Assembly: GCA_964057225.1 (NCBI GenBank)
Contig: OZ059899.1
Location: forward strand, 19,778,001-19,842,000
Direction: 5' to 3'
Origin: Auanema rhodensis
Lineage: Eukaryota; Animalia; Nematoda
DNA: 64,000 nucleotides
Under the pieces are notes generated by a model that was given only the letters and a program-made list of their open reading frames with translations, made no database searches and had not been told where the DNA came from. Positions 11,501-24,049 of this stretch are shown piece after piece. How positions within the stretch are numbered: the stretch's first letter is position 1; every line of letters begins with the position of its first letter. The position numbers were made by a program, and so were the translations under genes.

Positions 11501-14500
11501 CCGAAAAATTTTAAAATAATTTCGCAAAGAGTGGGTGTTTTTAGATTCCTTTTTTCAAGGCAAAGACGATGGACAATGTTATTCAACGAAAAAATTAATT
11601 CTGCAGGGTGAAAATCGAGGATATAAGTGTGAACTTATATCAGTTGATATCTCGGTGCATTTTTAAGCTAGCGCAAATCTGATAACACAGATCGACGCAG
11701 CTTAACAATCCGCATCGAATGCACTATACTACATTGAGAAACGCTTAGTACAAAAATTAGTTATGATCGTTTGAAAAATGATGCATTAGTGTATGTTGAG
11801 TTTCCATGTACACTCAACATTGCTTCCAAAAACATTTTGACAAAAATTTTTCCGAAAAATTTCAAAATAATTTCGCAAAAAGTAGAAGTTTTTAGATTCC
11901 TTCTTTCAAGGCAAAGACGATGGACAATGTTATTCAACGAAAAAATTAATTCTGCAGGGTGAAAATCGAGGATATAAGTGTGAACTTATATCAGTTGATA
12001 TCTCGGTGCATGTTTAAGCTAGCGCAAATCTGATAACACAGATCGACGCAGCTTAAAAATCCGCATCAAATGCACTATACTACATTGAGAAACGCTTAAT
12101 ACAAAAATTAGTTATGATCGTTTGAAAAAAGATGCATTAGTGTATGTTGAGTTTCCATGTACACTCAACATTGCTTCCAAAAACATTTTGACAAAAATTT
12201 TTCCGAAAAATTTCAAAATAATTTCGCAAAAAGTAGATGTTTTTAGATTCCTTCTTTCAAGGCAAAGACGATGGACAATGTTATTCAACGAAAAAATTAA
12301 TTCTGCAGGGTGAAAATCGAGGATATAAGTGTGAACTTATATCAGTTGATATCTCGGTGCATGTTTAAGCTAGCGCAAATCTGATAACACAGATCGACGC
12401 AGCTTAAAAATCCGCATCGAATGCACTATACTACATTGAGAAACGCTTAATACAAAAATTAGTTATGATCGTTTGAAAAAAGATGCATTAGTGTATGTTG
12501 AGTTTCCATGTACACTCAACATTGCTTCCAAAAACATTTTGACAAAAATTTTTCCGAAAAATTTCGAAAAAATTTCGCGAAAAGTAGATGTTTTTAGATT
12601 CCTTTTTTCAAGGCAAAGACGATGGACAATGTTATTCAACGAAAAAATTAATTCTCCAGGGTGAAAATCGAGGATATAAGTGTGAACTTATATCAGTTGA
12701 TATCTCGGTGCATTTTTAAGCTAGCGCAAATCTGATAACACAGATCGACGCAGCCTAAAAATCCGCATCGAATGCACTATACTACATTGAGAAACGCTTA
12801 ATACAAAAATTAGTTATGATCGTTTGAAAAATGATGCATTAGTGTATGTTGAGTTTCCATGTACACTCAACATAGCTTCCAAAAACATTTTGACAAAAAT
12901 TTTTCCGAAAAATTTCGAAAAAATTTCGCGAAAAGTAGATGTTTTTAGATTCCTTTTTTCAAGGCAAAGACGATGGACAATGTTATTCAACGAAAAAATT
13001 AATTCTCCAGGGTGAAAATCGAGGATATAAGTGTGAACTTATATCAGTTGATATCTCGGTGCAATTTTAAGCTAGCGCAAATCTGATAATACAGATCGAC
13101 GCAGCTTAAAAATCCGCATCGAATGCACTATACTGCATTGAGAAACGCTTAATACAAAAGTTAGTTATGATCGTTTGAAAAATGATGCATTAGTGTATGT
13201 TGAGTTTCCATGTACACTCAACATTGCTTCCAAAAACATTTTGACAAAAATTTTTCCGAAAAATTTCGAAATAAATTCGCAAAAAGTAGATGTTTTTAGA
13301 TTCCTTTTTTCAAGGCAAAGACGATGGACAATGTTATTCAACGAAAAAATTAATTCTGCAGGGTGAAAATCGAGGATATAAGTGTGAACTTATATTAGTT
13401 GATATCTCGGTGCATTTTTAAGCTAGCGCAAATCTGATAACACAGATCGACGCAGCTTAAAAATCCGCATCGAATGCACTATACTGCATTGAGAAACGCT
13501 TAATACAAAAGTTAGTTATGATCGTTTGAAAAATGATGCATTAGTGTATGTTGAGTTTCCATGTACACTCAACATTGCTTCCAAAAACATTTTGACAAAA
13601 ATTTTTCCGAAAAATTTTAAAATAATTTCGCAAAGAGTAGGTGTTTTTAGATTCCTTTTTTCAAGGCAAAGACGATGGACAATGTTATTCAACGAAAAAA
13701 TTAATTCTGCAGGGTGAAAATCGAGGATATAAGTGTGAACTTATATCAGTTGATATCTCGGTGCATTTTTAAGCTAGCGCAAATCTGATAACACAGATCG
13801 ATGCCGCTTAAAAATCCGCATCGAATGCACTATACTACATTGAAAAACGCTTGATACAAAAATTAGTTATGATCGTTTGAAAAAAGATGCATTAGTGTAT
13901 GTTGAGTTTCCATGTACACTCAACATTGCTTCCAAAAACATTTTTACAAAAATTTTTCCGAAAAATTTCGAAATAATTTCGCAAAAAGTAGATGTTTTTA
14001 GATTTCTTTTTTCAAGGCAAAGACGATGGACATTGTTATTCAACGAAAAAATTGATTCTGCAGGGTGAAAATCGAGGATATAAGTGTGAACTTATATCAG
14101 TTGATATCTCGGTGCATTTTTAAGCTAACTCAAATCTGATAACACAGATCGACGCAGCTTAAAAATCCGCATCGAATGCACTATACTGCATTGAGAAACG
14201 CTTAATACAAAAGTTAGTTATGATCGTTTGAAAAATGATGCATTAGTGTATGTTGAGTTTCCATGTACACTCAACATTGCTTCCAAAAACATTTTGACAA
14301 AAATTTTTCCGAAAAATTTTAAAATAATTTCGCAAAGAGTAGGTGTTTTTAGATTCCTTTTTTCAAGGCAAAGACGATGGACAAAGTTATTCAACGAAAA
14401 AATTAATTCTGCAGGGTGAAAATCGAGGATATAAGTGTGAACTTATATCAGTTGATATCTCGGTGCATTTTTAAGCTAGCGCAAATCTGATAACACAGAT

Positions 14501-14920
14501 CGACGCAGCTTAAAAATCCGCATCGAATGCACTATACTACATTGAGAAACGCTTAATACAAAAGTTAGTTATGATCGTTTGAAAAATGATGCATTAGTGT
14601 ATGTTGAGTTTCCATGTACACTCAACATTGCTTCCAAAAACATTTTGACAAAAATTTTTCCGAAAAATTTTAAAATAATTTCGCAAAGAGTGGGTGTTTT
14701 TAGATTCCTTTTTTCAAGGCAAAGACGATGGACAATGTTATTCAACGAAAAAATTAATTCTGCAGGGTGAAAATCGAGGATATAAGTGTGAACTTATATC
14801 AGTTGATATCTCGGTGCATTTTTAAGCTAGCGCAAATCTGATAACACAGATCGACGCAGCTTAACAATCCGCATCGAATGCACTATACTACATTGAGAAA
14901 CGCTTAGTACAAAAATTAGT
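8600..14920. repeat. 9-monomer (3159 bp) tandem duplication, 2 copies
   Basis: The monomer series 8612-11420 matches 11771-14579 variant for variant (e.g. GCAGCCTAAA, GCAATTTT, GATGCCGC, CTTAACAATC). Confidence 0.93.
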
Positions 14921-17900
14921 TATGATCGTTTGAAAAAAGATGCATTAGTGTATGTTGAGTTTCCATGTACACTCAACATTGCTTCCAAAAACATTTTTAC
15001 AAAAATTTTTCCGAAAAATTTCGAAATAATTTCGCAAAAAGTAGATGTTTTTAGATTCCTTTTTTCAAGGCAAAGACGATGGACGTTGTTATTCAACGAA
15101 AAAATTGATTCTGCAGGGTGAAAATCGAGGATATAAGTGTGAACTTATATCAGTTGATATCTCGGTGCATTTTTAAGCTAACTCAAATCTGATAACACAG
15201 ATCGACGCAGCTTAAAAATCCGCATCGAATGCACTATACTACATTGAGAAACGCTTAATACAAAAATTAGTTATGATCGTTTGAAAAAAGATGCATTAGT
15301 GTATGTTGAGTTTCCATGTACACTCAACATTGCTTCCAAAAACATTTTTACAAAAATTTTTCCGAAAAATTTCGAAATAATTTCGCAAAAAGTAGATGTT
15401 TTTAGATTCCTTCTTTCAAGGCGAAGACGATGGACAATATTATTCAACGAAAAAATTAATTCTTCAGGGTGAAAATCGAGGATATAAGTGTGAACTTATA
15501 TCAGTTGATATCTCGGTGCATTTTTAAGCTAGCGCAAATCTGATAACACAGATCGACGCAGCTTAAAAATCCGATTCGAATGCACTATACTACATTGAGA
15601 AACGCTTAATACAAAAATTAGTTATGATCGTTTGAAAAAAGATGCATTAGTGTATGTTGAGTTTCCATGTACACTCAACATTGCTTCCAAAAACATTTTT
15701 ACAAAAATTTTTCCGAAAAATTTCGAAATAATTTCGCAAAAAGTAGATGTTTTTAGATTCCTTTTTTCAAGGCAAAGACGATGGACGTTGTTATTCAACG
15801 AAAAAATTAATTCTGCAGGGTGAAAATCGAGGATATAAGTGTGAACTTATATCAGTTGATATCTCGGTGCATTTTTAAGCTAGCGCAAATCTGATAACAC
15901 AGATCGACGCAGCTTAAAAATCCGCATCGAATGCACTATACTACATTGAGAAACGCTTAGTACAAAAATTAGTTATGATCGTTTGAAAAAAGATGCATTA
16001 GTGTATGTTGAGTTTCCATGTACACTCAACATTGCTTCCAAAAACATTTTTACAAAAATTTTTCCGAAAAATTTCGAAATAATTTCGCAAAAAGTAGATG
16101 TTTTTAGATTCCTTTTTTCAAGGCAAAGACGATGGACGTTGTTATTCAACGAAAAAATTGATTCTGCAGGGTGAAAATCGAGGATATAAGTGTGAACTTA
16201 TATCAGTTGATATCTCGGTGCATTTTTAAGCTAACTCAAATCTGATAACACAGATGGACGCAGCTTAAAAATCCGCATCGAATGCACTATACTACATTGA
16301 GAAACGCTTAATACAAAAATTAGTTATGATCGTTTGAAAAAAGATGCATTAGTGTATGTTGAGTTTCCATGTACACTCAACATTGCTTCCAAAAACATTT
16401 TTACAAAAATTTTTCCGAAAAATTTCGAAATAATTTCGCAAAAAGTAGATGTTTTTAGATTCCTTCTTTCAAGGCGAAGACGATGGACAATATTATTCAA
16501 CGAAAAAATTAATTCTTCAGGGTGAAAATCGAGGATATAAGTGTGAACTTATATCAGTTGATATCTCGGTGCATTTTTAAGCTAGCGCAAATCTGATAAC
16601 ACAGATCGACGCAGCTGAAAAATCCGCATCGAATGCACTATACTACATTGAGAAACGCTTAATACAAAAATTAGTTATGATCGTTTGAAAAATGATGCAT
16701 TAGTGTATGTTGAGTTTCCATGTACACTCAACATTGCTTCCAAAAACATTTTGACAAAAATTTTTCCGAAAAATTTCGAAAAAATTTCGCGAAAAGTAGA
16801 TGTTTTTAGATTCCTTTTTCCAAGGCAAAGACGATGGACAATGTTATTCAACAAAAAAATTATTTCTGCAGGGTGAAAATCGAGGATATAAGTGTGAACT
16901 TATATCAGTTGATATCTCGGTGCATTTTTAAGCTAGCGCAAATCTGATAACACAGATCGACGCAGCTTAAAAATCCGCATCGAATGCACTATACTACATT
17001 GAGAAACGCTTAATACAAAAATTAGTTATGATCGTTTGAAAAAAGATGCATTAGTGTATGTTGAGTTTCCATGTACACTCAACATTGCTTCCAAAAACAT
17101 TTTTACAAAAATTTTTCCGAAAAATTTCGAAATAATTTCGCAAAAAGTAGATGTTTTTAGATTCCTTTTTTCAAGGCAAAGACGATGGACATTGTTATTC
17201 AACGAAAAAATTGATTCTGCAGGGTGAAAATCGAGGATATAAGTGTGAACTTATATCAGTTGATATCTCGGTGCATTTTTAAGCTAACTCAAATCTGATA
17301 ACACAGATCGACGCAGCTTAAAAATCCGCATCGAATGCACTATACTACATTGAGAAACGCTTAATACAAAAATTAGTTATGATCGTTTGAAAAAAGATGC
17401 ATTAGTGTATGTTGAGTTTCCATGTACACTCAACATTGCTTCCAAAAACATTTTTACAAAAATTTTTCCGAAAAATTTCGAAATAATTTCGCAAAAAGTA
17501 GATGTTTTTAGATTCCTTCTTTCAAGGCAAAGACGATGGACAATGTTATTCAACGAAAAAATTATTTCTGCAGGGTGAAAATCGAGGATATAAGTGTGAA
17601 CTTATATCAGTTGATATCTCGGTGCATTTTTAAGCTAGCGCAAATCTGATAACACAGATCGACGCAGCTTAAAAATCCGCATCGAATGCACTATACTACA
17701 TTGAGAAACGCTTAATACAAAAATTAGTTATGATCGTTTGAAAAATGATGCATTAGTGTATGTTGAGTTTCCATGTACACTCAACATTGCTTCCAAAAAC
17801 ATTTTGACAAAAATTTTTCCGAAAAATTTCGAAAAAATTTCGCGAAAAGTAGATGTTTTTAGATTCCTTTTTCCAAGGCAAAGACGATGGACAATGTTAT

Positions 17901-18059
17901 TCAACGAAAAAATTATTTCTGCAGGGTGAAAATCGAGGATATAAGTGTGAACTTATATCAGTTGATATCTCGGTGCATTTTTAAGCTAGCGCAAATCTGA
18001 TAACACAGATCGACGCAGCTTAAAAATCCGCATCGAATGCACTATACTACATTGAGAAA

Positions 18060-21000
18060 CGCTCAATACAAAAATTAGTTATGATCGTTTGAAAAATGAT
18101 GCATTAGTGTATGTTGAGTTTCCATGTACACTCAACATTGCTTCCAAAAACATTTTGACAAAAATTTTTCCGAAAAATTTCAAAATAATTTCGCAAAAAG
18201 TAGATGTTTTTAGATTCCTTCCTTCAAGGCAAAGACGATGGACAATGTTATTCAACGAAAAAATTAATTCTGCAGGGTGAAAATCGAGGATATAAGTGTG
18301 AACTTATATCAGTTGATATCTCGGTGCATTTTTAAGCTAGCGCAAATCTGATAACACAGATCGATGCAGCTTAAAAATCCGCATCGAATGCACTATACTA
18401 CATTGAGAAACGCTTGATACAAAAATTAGTTATGATCGTTTGAAAAATGATGCATTAGTGTATGTTGAGTTTCCATGTACACTCAACATAGCTTCCAAAA
18501 ACATTTTGACAAAAATTTTTCCGAAAAATTTCGAGAAAATTTCGCAAAAAGTAGATGTTTTTAGATTTCTTTTTTCACGGCAAAGACGATGGACAAAGTT
18601 ATTCAACGAAAAAATTAATTCTGCAGGGTGAAAATCGAGGATATAAGTGTGAACTTATATCAGTTGATATCTCGGTGCATTTTTAAGCTAGCGCAAATCT
18701 GATAACACAGATCGACGCAGCTTAAAAATCCGCATCGAATGCACTATACTACATTGAGAAACGCTCAATACAAAAATTAGTTATGATCGTTTGAAAAATG
18801 ATGCATTAGTGTATGTTGAGTTTCCATGTACACTCAACATTGCTTCCAAAAACATTTTGACAAAAATTTTTCCGAAAAATTTCAAAATAATTTCGCAAAA
18901 AGTAGATGTTTTTAGATTCCTTCCTTCAAGGCAAAGACGATGGACAATGTTATTCAACGAAAAAATTAATTCTGCAGGGTGAAAATCGAGGATATAAGTG
19001 TGAACTTATATCAGTTGATATCTCGGTGCATTTTTAAGCTAGCGCAAATCTGATAACACAGATCGACGCAGCTTAAAAATCCGCATCGAATGCACTATAC
19101 TACATTGAGAAACGCTTGATACAAAAATTAGTTATGATCGTTTGAAAAATGATGCATTAGTGTATGTTGAGTTTCCATGTACACTCAACATAGCTTCCAA
19201 AAACATTTTGACAAAAATTTTTCCGAAAAATTTCGAGAAAATTTCGCAAAAAGTAGATGTTTTTAGATTTCTTTTTTCACGGCAAAGACGATGGACAAAG
19301 TTATTCAACGAAAAAATTAATTCTGCAGGGTGAAAATCGAGGATATAAGTGTGAACTTATATCAGTTGATATCTCGGTGCATTTTTAAGCTAGCGCAAAT
19401 CTGATAACACAGATCGACGCAGCTTAAAAATCCGCATCGAATGCACTATACTACATTGAGAAACGCTCAATACAAAAATTAGTTATGATCGTTTGAAAAA
19501 TGATGCATTAGTGTATGTTGAGTTTCCATGTACACTCAACATTGCTTCCAAAAACATTTTGACAAAAATTTTTCCGAAAAATTTCAAAATAATTTCGCAA
19601 AAAGTAGATGTTTTTAGATTCCTTCTTTCAAGGCAAAGACGATGGACAATGTTATTCAACGAAAAAATTAATTCTGCAGGGTGAAAATCGAGGATATAAG
19701 TGTGAACTTATATCAGTTGATATCTCGGTGCATTTTTAAGCTAGCGCAAATCTGATAACACAGATCGACGCAGCTTAAAAATCCGCATCGAATGCACTAT
19801 ACTACATTGAGGAACGCTTAATACAAAAATTAGTTATGATCGTTTGAAAAATGATGCATTAGTGTATGTTGAGTTTCCATGTACACTCAACATAGCTTCC
19901 AAAAACATTTTGACAAAAATTTTTCCGAAAAATTTCGAGAAAATTTCGCAAAAAGTAGATGTTTTTAGATTCCTTTTTTCACGGCAAAGACGATGGACAA
20001 AGTTATTCAACGAAAAAATTAATTCTGCAGGGTGAAAATCGAGGATATAAGTGTGAACTTATATCAGTTGATATCTCGGTGCATTTTTAAGCTAGCGCAA
20101 ATCTGATAACACAGATCGACGCAGCTTAAAAATCCGCATCGAATGCACTATACTACATTGAGAAACGCTCAATACAAAAATTAGTTATGATCGTTTGAAA
20201 AATGATGCATTAGTGTATGTTGAGTTTCCATGTACACTCAACATTGCTTCCAAAAACATTTTGACAAAAATTTTTCCGAAAAATTTCAAAATAATTTCGC
20301 AAAAAGTAGATGTTTTTAGATTCCTTCTTTCAAGGCAAAGACGATGGACAATGTTATTCAACGAAAAAATTAATTCTGCAGGGTGAAAATCGAGGATATA
20401 AGTGTGAACTTATATCAGTTGATATCTCGGTGCATTTTTAAGCTAGCGCAAATCTGATAACACAGATCGACGCAGCTTAAAAATCCGCATCGAATGCACT
20501 ATACTACATTGAGAAACGCTTAATACAAAAATTAGTTATGATCGTTTGAAAAAAGATGCATTAGTGTATGTTGAGTTTCCATGTACACTCAACATTGCTT
20601 CCAAAAACATTTTGACAAAAATTTTTCCGAAAAATTTCAAAATAATTTCGCAAAAAGTAGATGTTTTTAGATTCCTTTTTTCACGGCAAAGACGATGGAC
20701 AAAGTTATTCAACGAAAAAAATAATTCTGCAGGGTGAAAATCGAGGATATAAGTGTGAACTTATATCAGTTGATATCTCGGTGCATTTTTAAGCTAGCGC
20801 AAATCTGATAACACAGATCGACGCAGCTTAAAAATCCGCATCGAATGCACTATACTACATTGAGAAACGCTTAATACAAAAACTAGTTATGATCGTTTGA
20901 AAAATGATGCATTAGTGTATGTTGAGTTTCCATGTACACTCAACATAGCTTCCAAAAACATTTTGACAAAAATTTTTCCGAAAAATTTCGAAAAAATTTC

Positions 21001-22300
21001 GCGAAAAGTAGATGTTTTTAGATTCCTTTTTTCAAGGCAAAGACGATGGACAATGTTATTCAACGAAAAAATTATTTCTGCAGGGAGAAAATCGAGGATA
21101 TAAGTGTGAACTTATATCAGTTGATATCTCGGTGCATTTTCAAGCTAGCGCAAATCTGATAACACAGATCGACGCAGCTTAAAAATCCGCATCGAATGCA
21201 CTATACAACATTGAGAAACGCTTGATACAAAAATTAGTTATGATCGTTTGAAAAATGATGCATTAGTGTATGTTGAGTTTCCATGTACACTCAACATTGC
21301 TTCCAAAAACATTTTGACAAAAATTTTTCCGAAAAATTTCAAAATAATTTCGCGAAAAGTAGATGTTTTTAGATTCCTTTTTTCAAGGCAAAGACGATGG
21401 ACAATGTTATTCAACGAAAAAATTATTTCTGCAGGGTGAAAATCGAGGATATAAGTGTGAACTTATATCAGTTGATATCTCGGTGCATTTTTAAGCTAGC
21501 GCAAATCTGATAACACAGATCGACGCAGCTTAAAAATCCGCATCGAATGCATTATACTACATTGAGAAACGCTTAATACAAAACTTAGTTATGATCGTTT
21601 GAAAAATGATGCATTAGTGTATGTTGAGTTTCCATGTACACTCAACATTGCTTCCAAAAACATTTTGACAAAAATTTTTCCGAAAAATTTCGAAAAAATT
21701 TCGCGAAAAGTAGATGTTTTTAGATTCCTTTTTTCAAGGCAAAGACGATGGACAATGTTATTCAACGAAAAAATTATTTCTGCAGGGAGAAAATCGAGGA
21801 TATAAGTGTGAACTTATATCAGTTGATATCTCGGTGCATTTTTAAGCTAGCGCAAATCTGATAACACAGATCGACGCAGCTTAAAAATCCGCATCGAATG
21901 CACTATACAACATTGAGAAACGCTTGATACAAAAATTAGTTATGATCGTTTGAAAAATGATGCATTAGTGTATGTTGAGTTTCCATGTACACTCAACATT
22001 GCTTCCAAAAACATTTTGACAAAAATTTTTCCGAAAAATTTCAAAATAATTTCGCGAAAAGTAGATGTTTTTAGATTCCTTTTTTCAAGGCAAAGACGAT
22101 GGACAATGTTATTCAACGAAAAAATTATTTCTGCAGGGTGAAAATCGAGGATATAAGTGTGAACTTATATCAGTTGATATCTCGGTGCATTTTTAAGCTA
22201 GCGCAAATCTGATAACACAGATCGACGCAGCTTAAAAATCCGCATCGAATGCATTATACTACATTGAGAAACGCTTAATACAAAACTTAGTTATGATCGT
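18060..22300. repeat. Local 2-monomer (702 bp) periodicities
   Basis: Alternation at 18089/18440, 18791/19142 and 19493/19844, then a separate dimer at 20897/21248 and 21599/21950 marked by GGGAGAAAA. Confidence 0.85.
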
Positions 22301-24049
22301 TTGAAAAATGATGCATTAGTGTATGTTGAGTTTCCATGTACACTCAACATTGCTTCCAAAAACATTTTGACAAAAATTTTTCCAAAAAATTTCAAAATAA
22401 TTTCGCAAAAAGTAAATGTTTTTAGATTCCTTTCTCCAAGGCAAAGACGATGGACAATGTTATTCAACGAAAAAATTAATTCTGCAGGGTGAAAATCGAG
22501 GATATAAGTGTGAACTTATATCAGTTGATATCTCGGTGCATTTTTAAGCTAGCGCAAATCTGATAACACAGATCGACGCAGCTTGAAAATCCGCATCGAA
22601 TGCACTATACTACATTGAGAAACGCTTGATACAAAAATTAGGTATGATCGTTTAAAAAAAGATGCATTAGTGTATGTTGAGTTTCCATGTACACTCAACA
22701 TTGCTTCCAAAAACATTTTTACAAAAATTTTTCCGAAAAATTTCGAAATAATTTCGCAAAAAGTAGATGTTTTTAGATTCCTTTTTTCAAGGCAAAGACG
22801 ATGGACATTGTTATTCAACGAAAAAATTGATTCTGCAGGGTGAAAATCGAGGATATAAGTGTGAACTTATATCAGTTGATATCTCGGTGCATTTTTAAGC
22901 TAACTCAAATCTGATAACACAGATCGACGCAGCTTAAAAATCCGCATCGAATGCACTATACTACATTGAGAAACGCTTAATACAAAAATTAGTTATGATC
23001 GTTTGAAAAAAGATGCATTAGTGTATGTTGAGTTTCCATGTACACTCAACATTGCTTCCAAAAACATTTTTACAAAAATTTTCCCGAAAAATTTCGAAAT
23101 AATTTCGCAAAAAGTAGATGTTTTTAGATTCCTTTTTTCAAATCAAAGACGATGGACATTGTTATTCAACGAAAAAATTGATTCTGCAGGGTGAAAATCG
23201 AGGATATAAGTGTGAACTTATATCAGTTGATATCTCGGTGCATTTTTAAGCTAACTCAAATCTGATAACACAGATCGACGCAGCTTAAAAATCCGCATCG
23301 AATGCACTATACTACATTGAGAAACGCTTGATACAAAAATTAGTTATGATCGTTTGAAAAAAGATGCATTAGTGTATGTTGAGTTTCCATGTACACTCAA
23401 CATTGCTTCCAAAAACATTTTTACAAAAATTTTTCCGAAAAATTTCGAAATAATTTCGCAAAAAGTAGATGTTTTTAGATTCCTTTTTTCAAGGCAAAGA
23501 CGATGGACATTGTTATTCAACGAAAAAATTGATTCTGCAGGGTGAAAATCGAGGATATAAGTGTGAACTTATATCAGTTGATATCTCGGTGCATTTTTAA
23601 GCTAACTCAAATCTGATAACACAGATCGACGCAGCTTAAAAATCCGCATCGAATGCACTATACTACATTGAGAAACGCTTAATACAAAAATTAGTTATGA
23701 TCGTTTGAAAAAAGATGCATTAGTGTATGTTGAGTTTCCATGTACACTCAACATTGCTTCCAAAAACATTTTTACAAAAATTTTCCCGAAAAATTTCGAA
23801 ATAATTTCGCAAAAAGTAGATGTTTTTAGATTCCTTTTTTCAAATCAAAGACGATGGACATTGTTATTCAACGAAAAAATTGATTCTGCAGGGTGAAAAT
23901 CGAGGATATAAGTGTGAACTTATATCAGTTGATATCTCGGTGCATTTTTAAGCTAACTCAAATCTGATAACACAGATCGACGCAGCTTAAAAATCCGCAT
24001 CGAATGCACTATACTACATTGAGAAACGCTTGATACAAAAATTAGTTAT

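Noticed and set aside
23083-23098. CENP-B box-like motif on the minus strand (TTCG-N8-CGGG)
   Set aside because: The spacing is 8 nt rather than 7, the conserved A is absent, and it occurs in only three variant monomers.
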